From assembly GCF_045220775.1 (NCBI RefSeq), contig NZ_JBGUWC010000078.1:12120-76119 (forward strand): a stretch of DNA of 64,000 nt. The letters are read 5' to 3'. Below, one piece after another: positions 18,529 through 28,316 of this stretch (position 1 is the first letter of the stretch; each line of letters begins with the position of its first letter). Position numbers and translations under genes: made by a program. The notes below the pieces were generated by a model. It saw only the letters and a program-made list of their open reading frames with translations. It ran no database searches and was not told the DNA's origin. This stretch comes from Methanobrevibacter sp. (GTDB taxonomy: Archaea; Methanobacteriota; Methanobacteria; Methanobacteriales; Methanobacteriaceae).

Positions 18529-18533
18529 TTACT

Positions 18534-19940
18534 ATGCAAATACCACAACCGATGCAGGAACAGTACCGGCAGGCAAGGGAGATTATCGAGAACTCAAACG
18601 ACATCAAGGTGTATTCCCATATTGACTGCGACGGCATCTGTTCAGGCGCAATACTATCAACCATACTAGACAGACAGAACAAGGAACATGAAATCGAATT
18701 CGTAAACCTCGATGTTTTGGACAACATTGAGCTGACCCATGAGCTTACTATATTTTCAGACTTGGGTTCAGGCCAGCTCATCGACACCAATGCAAAGGAA
18801 GGTCAAAAGATTATCATCCTGGACCACCACCCTCCTCTAAGGGACTTGAACTATAAGGACGGCAAGAATTACACTTATCTGGAAATCAACCCCATTCACC
18901 ATGGAATCGACGGATCATATTACGTGTGCGGAGGAGGACTATGCTACTTTCTGGCAAAGGAATTCGGATATGATGACCTAAGCTGGATTGGATTACTTTC
19001 AGCCATCGGAGATATGCAGAATACCGGTAGCGGACACTTTGAAGGCCTGAACGAAATTATCCAGCAGGACGCAATCGATGGAGGATATCTTGAAGTAACC
19101 GAAAATGACCTGAACATCTATGGTCGGAATACAAGGCCGCTATTCGTTGCTCTTTCATACTTCAATGACGTGAAGCTGCCGATTACAAACAATACTACAG
19201 AGACAATGGCCGTTCTGGAAGAATTGGGAATTGATGAAAAGCACAACAGAAAAACCCTGAATCAATTGACAATGGCTGAAAAGGGAAAAATCTACCAGTA
19301 CCTTGTTGAAACGATTTCAAAAGTGGTTCCTGGAAAATATATCAAATACATCCCTCAATTGATTATTGGTGATTCCTATACATTCCTAAAAGAGGATTCC
19401 GATAGTTTTTTAAGAGATGCTTCTGAGTTTTCAACTGCAATGAATGCATGTGGAAGAAATCATGAAGAAAAGATTGCTATGGAAGTTTTAAAAGGGGATA
19501 GAATTGTAGCTTTAGATGAACTTGAAGCAGTAAGTCTAAACCATAGGCGCAATCTTGCCCAGGCAATTTCAAGCGTGGCTGAAGGGGATGAAACAAACAT
19601 CATTGAAATGGAAAACCTTCAATACTTTGACGGCACCGGAATAAAACCGGAAATCGTCGGGACAATAGCAGGTATGATTTTGGGATACTGCAACTGGAAG
19701 AAACCCGTTATCGGATTTACCCAGACCGATGAGGAAGGTCTTAAAGTATCACTAAGATGTTCAAGATTGCTTTCATATGACGGAATACATTTCGGTAACA
19801 TGATAAGGGAAGTTGCTGGTGAAGTCGGAGGAACTGGCGGTGGTCATTCAATGGCCTGCGGAGCCTACATTCCACTTGATAAAAAATCAGACTTCATTGA
19901 ACTGTTTAATGATAAACTAAATGGCAAAATAACTAATTAG
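18534..19940 (+). CDS. DHH-family RecJ-like nuclease (archaeal Cdc45/GAN-type)
   Basis: DHH motifs HIDCDG, FSDLGSG and LDHHPP, plus the DHHA1 motif GGTGGGHSMACGA. Confidence 0.8.
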   Translation: MQIPQPMQEQYRQAREIIENSNDIKVYSHIDCDGICSGAILSTILDRQNKEHEIEFVNLDVLDNIELTHELTIFSDLGSGQLIDTNAKEGQKIIILDHHPPLRDLNYKDGKNYTYLEINPIHHGIDGSYYVCGGGLCYFLAKEFGYDDLSWIGLLSAIGDMQNTGSGHFEGLNEIIQQDAIDGGYLEVTENDLNIYGRNTRPLFVALSYFNDVKLPITNNTTETMAVLEELGIDEKHNRKTLNQLTMAEKGKIYQYLVETISKVVPGKYIKYIPQLIIGDSYTFLKEDSDSFLRDASEFSTAMNACGRNHEEKIAMEVLKGDRIVALDELEAVSLNHRRNLAQAISSVAEGDETNIIEMENLQYFDGTGIKPEIVGTIAGMILGYCNWKKPVIGFTQTDEEGLKVSLRCSRLLSYDGIHFGNMIREVAGEVGGTGGGHSMACGAYIPLDKKSDFIELFNDKLNGKITN

Positions 19941-19990
19941 TATATATAATATAAAGAAGAAATATATCATTAATCAATTTTAATTGAGGA

Positions 19991-20803
19991 ATGAATATGA
20001 TGAAAGCATTTAAAAAAAGAGGTGCGCTAACACATTTCCAAATTCTAAGCGAAATTTCAAAACAAGACCCTCACCTCAAACAAAAAGATTTGGCTAACAA
20101 ATTGGGAATTACAATACAAGCTGTTTCTGAAAACATCAAAACTCTAATCGAATTAGGCTATATTACCTCCAAAGACGGAAGATCACCTTATAAAATTACC
20201 CAAGCAGGTATCGACAAAGTTAAAAAAGATGCAATTAGCTTAAGGAAATACTCCGATTCCGTTCTGGAAACAATGAATCACTACAAAACCATTTGGCCAG
20301 CGATTGCAAGGGAAGGACTTAAGAAAGACGACATTGTCGGTCTTTTCATGGAAGATGGAGTATTATATGCTCATAAAAAAGAAGAGAATGCAACAGGCGT
20401 TGTTTTGGATGATGCTGAAGCAGGCATGGATGTTGCCTTAACAAACCTCACAGGCATTATTGATATGAGCATCGGCGAAGTTACCGTCATCAATGTCCCA
20501 ACCATCAAAGATGGTGGTTCCAAATCATGTGACTTGGAGCTAATCAAAAATGTTTATGACAAAGGGACAAACAGCGGTGAAAAAATCGATAAGGTGGCCG
20601 CAGCAGGTACCGTTTCACGTGCCGTCATAAATAAACTAGGATTACCGCTTGATATTGAATATGCCGCTCCGCAAGCAACTGCAAATGCCGCCCGCAAAGG
20701 CCTGAACGTTTTGGCAATTTGTGTCGGTGACATGAGCAAAGCATTCACTCGCGAACTTGAATCCGAAAAAATTAAATATAATATTATTGATGGGGCAAAA
20801 TAA
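19991..20803 (+). CDS. winged-helix transcriptional regulator with uncharacterised C-terminal domain (COG1497-like, tentative)
   Basis: The N-terminal ~70 aa look like a MarR/wHTH domain (QKDLANKLGITIQAVSENIKTLIELGYI). The C-terminal 190 aa are unassigned. Confidence 0.5.
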   Translation: MNMMKAFKKRGALTHFQILSEISKQDPHLKQKDLANKLGITIQAVSENIKTLIELGYITSKDGRSPYKITQAGIDKVKKDAISLRKYSDSVLETMNHYKTIWPAIAREGLKKDDIVGLFMEDGVLYAHKKEENATGVVLDDAEAGMDVALTNLTGIIDMSIGEVTVINVPTIKDGGSKSCDLELIKNVYDKGTNSGEKIDKVAAAGTVSRAVINKLGLPLDIEYAAPQATANAARKGLNVLAICVGDMSKAFTRELESEKIKYNIIDGAK

Positions 20804-22075
20804 TTAATTTTCCCTTATCCTTTTTAATAAGGCAGCTGCCAATTCGGTTGAGCCAAATTCCTTATTTTCATTCTTTTTTATGATTTTAACATAATCTTCT
20901 AGATTATCTTTTGATTTTTTGACGTCCTCTAAAATTAAAGTACACTTGATTTCATTTATCTGCCCAAGCGTGGGTATTTCCCTATAAACAATTCCCTTAT
21001 TTGATTTTTTGATTGTATTGAACCTTGAAATTTCATCTTTTGAAACAAGGGTGAATGCAAAGCCTGCTTTTCCTGCACGGGCAGTTCTTCCAATCCTATG
21101 TATATAATCATCTGAATTTTGTGGAACATCATAGTTGATGATGACATCAACACCATCGATATCAAGGCCACGACTGGCCACATCAGTTGCAACCAGTATA
21201 CCAATGTTGCCGTTCCTGAACTTGTTCATTACCTTGTCCCTTGCCTGCTGGGTCATATCCCCATGAAGTGCATCGACTGAAAAGTCTTGCTTTTTCAGGT
21301 GTTTTTTTACAAAATCAACGCTCTTTTTTGTATTGCAGAATATCAAAATCAATTTAACATCATACGCCTGAATCAGACGAGTTAATCCATCGAATTTATC
21401 TTTGATATCACATTTAAATGCATATTGAGTTATTTTTGGAATATTCTGTTTTTTATCTGCGACTTTAATGAATTTTGGATTCTTTTGATATTTTTTAGCA
21501 AGGTCTCTGATTTCTTTTGGCATTGTAGCGGAAAAAAGTAAAGTCTGTCTTTGATTTGGAGTATCTGCTAAAATTCTTTCTATATCCTCTCTAAAACCCA
21601 TTTCCAACATTTCATCTGCTTCATCTAAAACAACGCTTTCAATACCTATTAACTCCAAATTGCCTCTTTCAATGTGATCAATGACTCTGCCGGGCGTTCC
21701 AACAACAACGTGAACACCCTTTTTAAGCACCCTTGTTTGTTTTCCAATTGGTTGGCCCCCATAAACTGCTAAAACCTTAAGTTTCTTTATCTTTGAACCA
21801 ACTTTAGCTATTTCATCTGCAACCTGCATGCATAATTCCCTTGTTGGACATAAAACAATAGCTTGTGGAGATTTATCTGGAATAAAAATCTTTTCAAGGA
21901 CAGGTATTGTAAATGCAATAGTTTTTCCAGAACCTGTTTGTGCTTGAGCGATTATATCAATACCCTTTAGAGCATCAGGAATGGCCATCTTTTGAATGGG
22001 GGTTGCTTCAGTAAAACCCATGTCTCCAATAGCTTTTTTAATCTCATCTGAAATGTTAAAATCATTGAAATTCAT
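20804..22075 (-). CDS. DEAD-box ATP-dependent RNA helicase
   Basis: Motifs AQTGSGKT, PTRELC, TPGR, DEAD, SAT, ARGLD and HRIGRTARAG, all in order. Confidence 0.92.
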   Translation of the reverse strand: MNFNDFNISDEIKKAIGDMGFTEATPIQKMAIPDALKGIDIIAQAQTGSGKTIAFTIPVLEKIFIPDKSPQAIVLCPTRELCMQVADEIAKVGSKIKKLKVLAVYGGQPIGKQTRVLKKGVHVVVGTPGRVIDHIERGNLELIGIESVVLDEADEMLEMGFREDIERILADTPNQRQTLLFSATMPKEIRDLAKKYQKNPKFIKVADKKQNIPKITQYAFKCDIKDKFDGLTRLIQAYDVKLILIFCNTKKSVDFVKKHLKKQDFSVDALHGDMTQQARDKVMNKFRNGNIGILVATDVASRGLDIDGVDVIINYDVPQNSDDYIHRIGRTARAGKAGFAFTLVSKDEISRFNTIKKSNKGIVYREIPTLGQINEIKCTLILEDVKKSKDNLEDYVKIIKKNENKEFGSTELAAALLKRIREN

Positions 22076-22102
22076 TAATATAATATCTGAAAAATAAGTT
22101 AT

Positions 22103-22963
22103 TTAAAGTAATTTACTTTGAATTGAATCTTGTGGAAATTCAGCCAAATATTTCAAAATTTCATAAGTGTCATTTAAAATTCCATTCTCTTCCGTTTTTC
22201 TTTTAAAAATTTCCATTAGTTCCCTCTCATTAGGAGATGGAATTGAATAACTCTCGCCGAATTCCTTAATATACCTATCTTTTAAGCCTGGAAAGTGTTT
22301 GTCTAGCTTTTCATAGAAATACTGGCGATTTCCATCCCGAAGGGTAAGGCCCATTCCAAAGCATAAGACTCCATGGACATCAGCATCTATGCAATAATCC
22401 AATATGTTATTGATGTTTTCTTCGGTATCGTTAATGTAGGGCAATATCGGACACAGCCAGACAACAGTCGGAATGCCATTCTCATTTAAAGCCTTCAAGA
22501 CATCAACACGGCGGGAAGTGGTGCAGACATTCGGCTCCAGAATTTTGCATAAATCATCATCTGCGGTTGTCAATGTCATCTGAACGACAGCCTTTGACTT
22601 TTCATTGATTTTCTTAAGCAAATCCAAATCTCTTAAAACTAAGTCCGACTTTGTAATGCAAGTAAATCCAAACCCATAACGATAAATTAACTCGAGTGAC
22701 TTTCTAACATATTTCAACTCTCTTTCAAGCGGGATGTAGGGATCTGTCATTGCTCCCGTTCCAATCATCGCTTTCGGCCTTTTTAGGAGTTCCTTTTTAA
22801 GCAAATCTAAAGAGTTCTTTTTAACTTCGATATCTTCAAATTTGTGATTCATGTTGTATATTTCGCTTCTGGAATCACAATATATGCAGCCATGGGTGCA
22901 ACCTCTATAAAGGTTCATTCCGTTTTTAGAAGATAATATGCTTTTGGAGTTTACATAATGCAT
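22103..22963 (-). CDS. radical SAM protein, SPL/SplB-like (DNA-repair photolyase COG1533 type)
   Basis: CTHGCIYC (C-X3-C-X2-C) near the N-terminus. Size and layout match SPL-family radical SAM proteins. Confidence 0.75.
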   Translation of the reverse strand: MHYVNSKSILSSKNGMNLYRGCTHGCIYCDSRSEIYNMNHKFEDIEVKKNSLDLLKKELLKRPKAMIGTGAMTDPYIPLERELKYVRKSLELIYRYGFGFTCITKSDLVLRDLDLLKKINEKSKAVVQMTLTTADDDLCKILEPNVCTTSRRVDVLKALNENGIPTVVWLCPILPYINDTEENINNILDYCIDADVHGVLCFGMGLTLRDGNRQYFYEKLDKHFPGLKDRYIKEFGESYSIPSPNERELMEIFKRKTEENGILNDTYEILKYLAEFPQDSIQSKLL

Positions 22964-23009
22964 GTAATTAACTTTGACACTAACACTATTAATATGATGG
23001 CTAGAGCAT

Positions 23010-23735
23010 ATGAAAAGTATTAGATATCACAAATTACAAAGTAAAATTATGCAACAGAAAAACATTATTGGATACTCAAAGGAATATGACATTAAAGAGC
23101 ATCCTTCAATAAAAGGCCTTCAAATAATTGAAGGTAAAAACAATTTCCCCATTAGTTGGCTCAACCAACAGGGATATTGCGAATACCAGATATATCTCGA
23201 ATATATGAAAGGCATAGAAACCCCCGCAACACCGGAAATGACACATGGAAGTGAAATCCACAAACAGCTTGAAGATATCTTTAAGCAAGACTCGGAAAAA
23301 TCAACATTTGAAGATGCACTTGAAACATCAAGAACCGATGCGTTAATGTCAAGGGAATGCTTTGTAATAGCTCCAGAATATGGAATCAGAGGCTATATTG
23401 ATGAAATCTGGATGAAACCCAACGAAATTGTAATTATTGACGACAAGCCTGGAAGGACCCCTTACCCATCCACAATGAATCAGGTAAGAGCATATTGCCT
23501 TGCCTTCAAAGAGATGACAGGAGATACAAGAAAGATCAAAGGGGCACTGAGGGAACGCGGTACCGACAACCTGTTTTGGATTGAAGTATTCACTCCGGAT
23601 GTAGAAAATGAAATAAGATTTACAATTGACAGGATGCATGGCTTGTTTGAAGGTTCAAAACCATTCATGCCAACCAAAAACCCTAGAAAATGCAATTCCT
23701 GCAGATTTAAAAAGAATTGCGAACATGCAAAATAG
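23010..23735 (+). CDS. Cas4-like PD-(D/E)XK nuclease with 4-Cys cluster, stand-alone
   Basis: N-terminal Cys (QGYCEYQ). RecB motifs GYIDEIW, IIDDKPG and QVRAYCLAF. C-terminal CNSCRFKKNC (C-X2-C-X5-C). Confidence 0.7.
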   Translation: MKSIRYHKLQSKIMQQKNIIGYSKEYDIKEHPSIKGLQIIEGKNNFPISWLNQQGYCEYQIYLEYMKGIETPATPEMTHGSEIHKQLEDIFKQDSEKSTFEDALETSRTDALMSRECFVIAPEYGIRGYIDEIWMKPNEIVIIDDKPGRTPYPSTMNQVRAYCLAFKEMTGDTRKIKGALRERGTDNLFWIEVFTPDVENEIRFTIDRMHGLFEGSKPFMPTKNPRKCNSCRFKKNCEHAK

Positions 23736-23741
23736 ATTCGT

Positions 23742-24206
23742 ATGAACAAAAAAACAATATCCTTAATCCTATTAATCGTGTTTGTAATCACCTTGGCATT
23801 GACTGTTGCCAACGTATTTCTGGAGGATGCAAACACAATAGAAAATCAGACCGGAACATTGACAATCAATAATACGGCAATCAACTACGAAAAGAGCGGA
23901 AAATGCCTGGAGGTCATCGATGGAAATACAATTCAGGTCTATGGCGTTGGCAGGGTCCAGCTGATTCAGGTAGACACTCCAAGCACCGAACCTGGATTCA
24001 GCCAGGCAAAGAAATTTGTTGAAGACGAATGTCTTGGAAAAACAGTATATTTAGATATTGATGATGAACAGCCAGAAGATAAATACGGGCGTACACTAGC
24101 TATCGTTTACACTGATAGCAAGGATATTAATAGAGAATTATTGGAAAACGGATTGGCTCAAATATCTTATTTTGAACCAAGTGAATTTGAAAAAGGAAAT
24201 GTATAA
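23742..24206 (+). CDS. thermonuclease (staphylococcal nuclease, SNase) family, membrane-anchored
   Basis: N-terminal TM helix, then VIDGNTIQV...VDTPS...KYGRTLAIVY...INRELLENGLA, an SNase-like pattern. Confidence 0.8.
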   Translation: MNKKTISLILLIVFVITLALTVANVFLEDANTIENQTGTLTINNTAINYEKSGKCLEVIDGNTIQVYGVGRVQLIQVDTPSTEPGFSQAKKFVEDECLGKTVYLDIDDEQPEDKYGRTLAIVYTDSKDINRELLENGLAQISYFEPSEFEKGNV

Positions 24207-24845
24207 TTAAACTGCCCTATTTAAACCCAGATAAATTTTATTCCTTTTATATACCTTATCTAATATTCCATTCCATTCTTCAACGCTTATGCGCCCCTTA
24301 TTTGGAATTAAACTATCTAAAGATGATTCAGTTACATTTAAAATATCGGCTAAAATAAATGATAATGTTCTGCCGGTCAATGATAAATCATAAGGGTCAT
24401 AACCAGTGACTGTCAAAACCCAAATATTATCTTTTGATGAACTGTTATACTCTTTTTTAAGTGAATCGAACCAACTGGCTATCCTATTGCCTTCAGTTCC
24501 AATGCCTTCACCGATTGAAATATAATAATCTTCACCGGAAAATTCAATTGATTCGCAAGCAGAATTGATTTTGCCTGTAAGTTCAGGAGACCCTATTTCC
24601 AAATCAAACTCATTGTTCGTAATGTAGTCTGATATATAATTTTCAAGTTCCTTTTTATTTTTAAAATATCCAATAGGCTCCAGCCTGTCGGGGTCCCTAT
24701 CGCATAAATCATATATCAAATCCTCATCAACATCGACAATCTCATATCCTTCAAGCTTATGTGATTTATATTCCTTAAAATCAATGCAATAGTTTTCCAA
24801 ATCATCCTTGTTTAGATACCAAAGGACTTGAACTTTCTTAATCAT
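24207..24845 (-). CDS. hypothetical protein (212 aa)
   Basis: Intact ORF, acidic, no motif recognised. Confidence 0.45.
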   Translation of the reverse strand: MIKKVQVLWYLNKDDLENYCIDFKEYKSHKLEGYEIVDVDEDLIYDLCDRDPDRLEPIGYFKNKKELENYISDYITNNEFDLEIGSPELTGKINSACESIEFSGEDYYISIGEGIGTEGNRIASWFDSLKKEYNSSSKDNIWVLTVTGYDPYDLSLTGRTLSFILADILNVTESSLDSLIPNKGRISVEEWNGILDKVYKRNKIYLGLNRAV

Positions 24846-24874
24846 TTTAACCAGAAAAAATAAAATGAGAGCGT

Positions 24875-25273
24875 TTAAAGCTCATCAACAACAATAGTTT
24901 TTGTAATGTGGTTGAGTATTCTATCAGTATTCAATGCCCTTCCAATAGCCCAATCAAAAATAATTGGAATCCAATAAATCTTTGTTAAATTGCGCACAAT
25001 AGCTTGAGGCCAGGTAATAAAAGAACCATTTTGAGACCTGACCTGCAGATACATTAATGATTTACCAACAGTAGCAGCGGCACATTTCTCACATAATACA
25101 AAATAAACCATAATTATAATAGGCACAATATATGGAAAATACTGATAAACAGTATAAGAATAGTATGGCTCAATAACTAAGGATAATAAATAAGCTAAAA
25201 TCCACATAAATGCTGAAACCACAAAGAAATCCATTACATATGCAATTATTCTTCTTGAAAATATACTTACCAT
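24875..25273 (-). CDS. RDD-family membrane protein
   Basis: N-terminal RRIIAYVMDFFVV (RDD signature) and three hydrophobic segments. Confidence 0.6.
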   Translation of the reverse strand: MVSIFSRRIIAYVMDFFVVSAFMWILAYLLSLVIEPYYSYTVYQYFPYIVPIIIMVYFVLCEKCAAATVGKSLMYLQVRSQNGSFITWPQAIVRNLTKIYWIPIIFDWAIGRALNTDRILNHITKTIVVDEL

Positions 25274-25282
25274 ATTATCACC

Positions 25283-26305
25283 TTAACAAACTCTAGGAAC
25301 CGGATCTGCAATTGGTGCTTCCAGAATTCTTTCCCCACCAATTGGAGTGTTTACCACAACATAATCCCCTTCAACAACTTCGCCAATAATGGCTGCGTTT
25401 TCACCATACTTTTCGCCCTTAATAGCTTCAAGGATTTCTTCAGCCTTATCGGCCTTAACGCCCATGACGACTTTTCCTTCGTTAGCTACCTCAAATGGGT
25501 CAATGCCTAACATTTCAGATACTGCATGGACCTCATGCCTGATTGGAATCGCATCCTGCTCGAGCACAACTCCAACACCCGCTTTTGATGCCATTTCATT
25601 GATGGCATTTGCAAAGCCTCCTCGGGTAGGATCCTTCATGGCAGTGACTCCACCGATTTCTAAAGCTCTATTAATAATATTCCACATCGGAGCAACGTCA
25701 GATTTCAAATCGGTTTCAAAACCAAATCCTTCTCTAAAGGACATCAAACTCATTCCATGATCGCCCAAAGTACCTGTGATAATTATTTTATCGCCGACTT
25801 CTAAAGTTGAATCGCGAATCACTTCGCCCTTTTTGGCTATTCCTATACCTGTAGTTACCATGACAATCCCTTCAAGCTTGTCTTGAGGCATCACTTTGGT
25901 ATCCCCTGTAATGACAGCCACGTCAACTTCTTCACATGCTTCGTTCAATGATTTCATTATTCTGTCCAAATCCTCAATTGGAAACCCTTCCTGCATGATT
26001 ATTGCATTTGAAATTGCCAACGGACGAGCCCCCATTACAGAAACATCATTGATTGTTCCTGCAGCGGAAATCCTGCCTATATCCCCTCCCGGGAAAAACA
26101 GCGGATCGATAGTATGACCATCAGTCGTAAAGACAATCTCATAATCATCCCCAATAGGGATTGATGCACCGTCATCCAATGCATCCAGACTGATACCACC
26201 GTTTACGCTCTTTTTGGTGATATTGTCAAGGACTGTGCTGGCAATCAAATTGGCCATTACTTCGCCGCCAGCACCATGATTCATATTGATTTTATCGTCT
26301 GACAT
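25283..26305 (-). CDS. hypE: hydrogenase maturation protein HypE
   Basis: PurM-like fold motifs (HGAGG, GDTKV) and the characteristic C-terminal PRVC cysteine. Confidence 0.9.
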   Translation of the reverse strand: MSDDKINMNHGAGGEVMANLIASTVLDNITKKSVNGGISLDALDDGASIPIGDDYEIVFTTDGHTIDPLFFPGGDIGRISAAGTINDVSVMGARPLAISNAIIMQEGFPIEDLDRIMKSLNEACEEVDVAVITGDTKVMPQDKLEGIVMVTTGIGIAKKGEVIRDSTLEVGDKIIITGTLGDHGMSLMSFREGFGFETDLKSDVAPMWNIINRALEIGGVTAMKDPTRGGFANAINEMASKAGVGVVLEQDAIPIRHEVHAVSEMLGIDPFEVANEGKVVMGVKADKAEEILEAIKGEKYGENAAIIGEVVEGDYVVVNTPIGGERILEAPIADPVPRVC

Positions 26306-26411
26306 TTTATCTCCTAATTATAGTAATAATTAATGAAATAATATTTGTAAAAACAAGTATATTAATTTAGTTAAAAAAATATGAAAAAAAGAGAATTTAA
26401 AGAAAAAATCT

Positions 26412-26786
26412 TTAAATTAAAATTCCGTTAATAACTCCATCCTGACCAGGTCTGGATGTTACTTTAGCATTACCTTCAGGGGTTTCTACAATAGCACCTT
26501 TGGTAATGATGTTCCTTCTTACGTAGTTAGGGTTTGCAGTGTTTTCAACTACGTTAAGAATATCTACAACTTTGGTTTTGCCGTTAGCGTCGGTTACGTT
26601 AATTTTGTTGCCTGTTGCTAATCTGAGCTTTTCGTTTCCACCACGGGTTCTAATCTTTCTTAATTTTTTTTCATCTAATCTAGTTTCAGCTGGGTCTCTT
26701 CCGAGTTCTGATTTCCTTTTTCCACGGTGTGCAACATTTCTTGCACCGGAAGGACTCCTTGTTGATTTTCCTTGAGAAATTGACAT
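26412..26786 (-). CDS. rps8e: 30S ribosomal protein S8e
   Basis: [15 protein letters not shown]...[11 protein letters not shown]...KIRTRGGN is typical of S8e. 124 aa. Confidence 0.9.
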   Translation of the reverse strand: MSISQGKSTRSPSGARNVAHRGKRKSELGRDPAETRLDEKKLRKIRTRGGNEKLRLATGNKINVTDANGKTKVVDILNVVENTANPNYVRRNIITKGAIVETPEGNAKVTSRPGQDGVINGILI

Positions 26787-26978
26787 TTTTTCACCTAATA
26801 AATTTGAATCTATAATTAATAATCGCTGCCATCAAGCCTCTTTTCAATCAAGCTATCGGCAAGATTAATGATAGCCTAATTTTTGAGAGCAAAAAAGAGC
26901 CTTAATGAATAATGATAATAAAATATTAATCTATCATTATATATAAATGTTTTATTTTTAAGGCCAAAAACAGGAAAT

Positions 26979-27227
26979 TCATTTTTTATTTTTTAAAATG
27001 AATTCATCAACTAGCTTATCGAAGTCTTCTTCACTTAATTTTTCATCGGATGCTGCCTCTAAGATTTTTTGAATATCCTCTTTTGAAACTTTATCGCCTA
27101 AAAAATCAATTAATAAATCTTTTAAATCCTCATCATCAATGTAAGCTTCCCCATTTGAAGATATGTTCTCAATGGAACCATCTTCATCCAATATATAATA
27201 AGGAACTTCCTTTCCCATCAAATCCAC
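26979..27227 (-). CDS. small acidic protein (82 aa), unknown function
   Basis: Its start abuts the stop of the upstream gene (27228). Highly D/E-rich. Confidence 0.4.
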   Translation of the reverse strand: MDLMGKEVPYYILDEDGSIENISSNGEAYIDDEDLKDLLIDFLGDKVSKEDIQKILEAASDEKLSEEDFDKLVDEFILKNKK

Positions 27228-27716
27228 CTAATCCTCTTCATCCGGAAATTCATAATAAACGATGCCATACGGATCATCATCGAAAAACCATTCGTTTGGC
27301 TCATCGAAATACTCTTCGTCAATATCCTCATCAAAATCGTCTTCTCCTTCAACCTGAATTATTATGTTGACATCTTCATCGAGATTTTCAACATCAATGC
27401 CCAATTCATCTAAATCAATGACTATTTCATCTTCATCAGTGCCTTCAGGAACAATAATGACTATTTCATCACCTGATTGTATATTAAAATTTGGATTATC
27501 CAAGATATCATCTTCCATTTTCACATTACTAACATTATCAACAGCCAAATTGTCTATATCTCCCTCAAATAATTCAATAGAATTATTATCATCATTACTT
27601 ATAAGCAAATAACCTTTTCCAAACAATTCCTCAATATCTAGATTGCATGAAGGGCAAATGAAACTACCCTGTGATAACCTATAACCACATGAAGGACAAT
27701 AATTAATTTTAACCAT
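27228..27716 (-). CDS. zinc-ribbon protein with long acidic tail
   Basis: N-terminal CPSCGYRL-X9-CPSC zinc ribbon followed by about 120 aa of D/E/I/N-rich sequence. Confidence 0.5.
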   Translation of the reverse strand: MVKINYCPSCGYRLSQGSFICPSCNLDIEELFGKGYLLISNDDNNSIELFEGDIDNLAVDNVSNVKMEDDILDNPNFNIQSGDEIVIIVPEGTDEDEIVIDLDELGIDVENLDEDVNIIIQVEGEDDFDEDIDEEYFDEPNEWFFDDDPYGIVYYEFPDEED

Positions 27717-27791
27717 TTGATAACCTCAACAATTTGTAATTGTTATTATTTATTAAGTTATATTTAAATGGGTATTATTTAGACAGTAACC

Positions 27792-28136
27792 TCAATGGTT
27801 ACTGTCTATCTCAAAGTTGATATTTGGAATTCCAAAGCTGTTTTTGCATCTTATTGAACAAATTTTCAAACCTTCAATGAACATGTTAAAGTATAAGCAT
27901 ATTGCATCGCATTCAATGCTGATTTTAACATTCGAATTTTCCAGAATCTGTTTTGAAGTATTTAAAACTTCAGATGCATTATTAACAAACACTAAGTTCG
28001 GGAAATTGTCCTTGTCGATTCCCAAAAACACGCCGTTTGCAATGCCGTAGTCAGCACAAAATCCGTTTTCACCATCAACTTTTCCAACAAAGGTATCGTT
28101 TACCTCATCATAACTTGAAATCAATCTTTTTTTCAT
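27792..28136 (-). CDS. hypothetical protein, possibly DUF2283-like
   Basis: SSYDEVNDTFVGKV loosely fits the YD..D.L core. Start placed at the second ATG (28136) behind GAGGT; the track ORF starts at 28154. Confidence 0.35.
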   Translation of the reverse strand: MKKRLISSYDEVNDTFVGKVDGENGFCADYGIANGVFLGIDKDNFPNLVFVNNASEVLNTSKQILENSNVKISIECDAICLYFNMFIEGLKICSIRCKNSFGIPNINFEIDSNH

Positions 28137-28316
28137 TGTATCAACCTCACACATAGTATATCTCTAATAAGATATAAATAATACCGAAGAGCATTTGAAA
28201 AGTAATTTAAAGCCATTATAAATTGAATAATCTAATTTTAAAGCAACAAAATTGAAATAATAATGAAAAATTGATTTAGAAAAGTATTATTAATATGTAA
28301 ATCAAAATTAAGATTA

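Noticed and set aside
23010-23735. Cas4-like gene as evidence for a CRISPR-Cas locus
   Set aside because: No other cas genes and no repeat-spacer array are seen anywhere in the window. I treat it as a solo Cas4-family nuclease.
26787-26978. Possible small RNA (C/D-box-like ATGATAG strings) in the spacer downstream of the S8e gene
   Set aside because: There is no proper C (RUGAUGA) and D (CUGA) box pair with terminal stem, and no tRNA-like GC-rich cloverleaf. It is probably just a promoter or spacer region.
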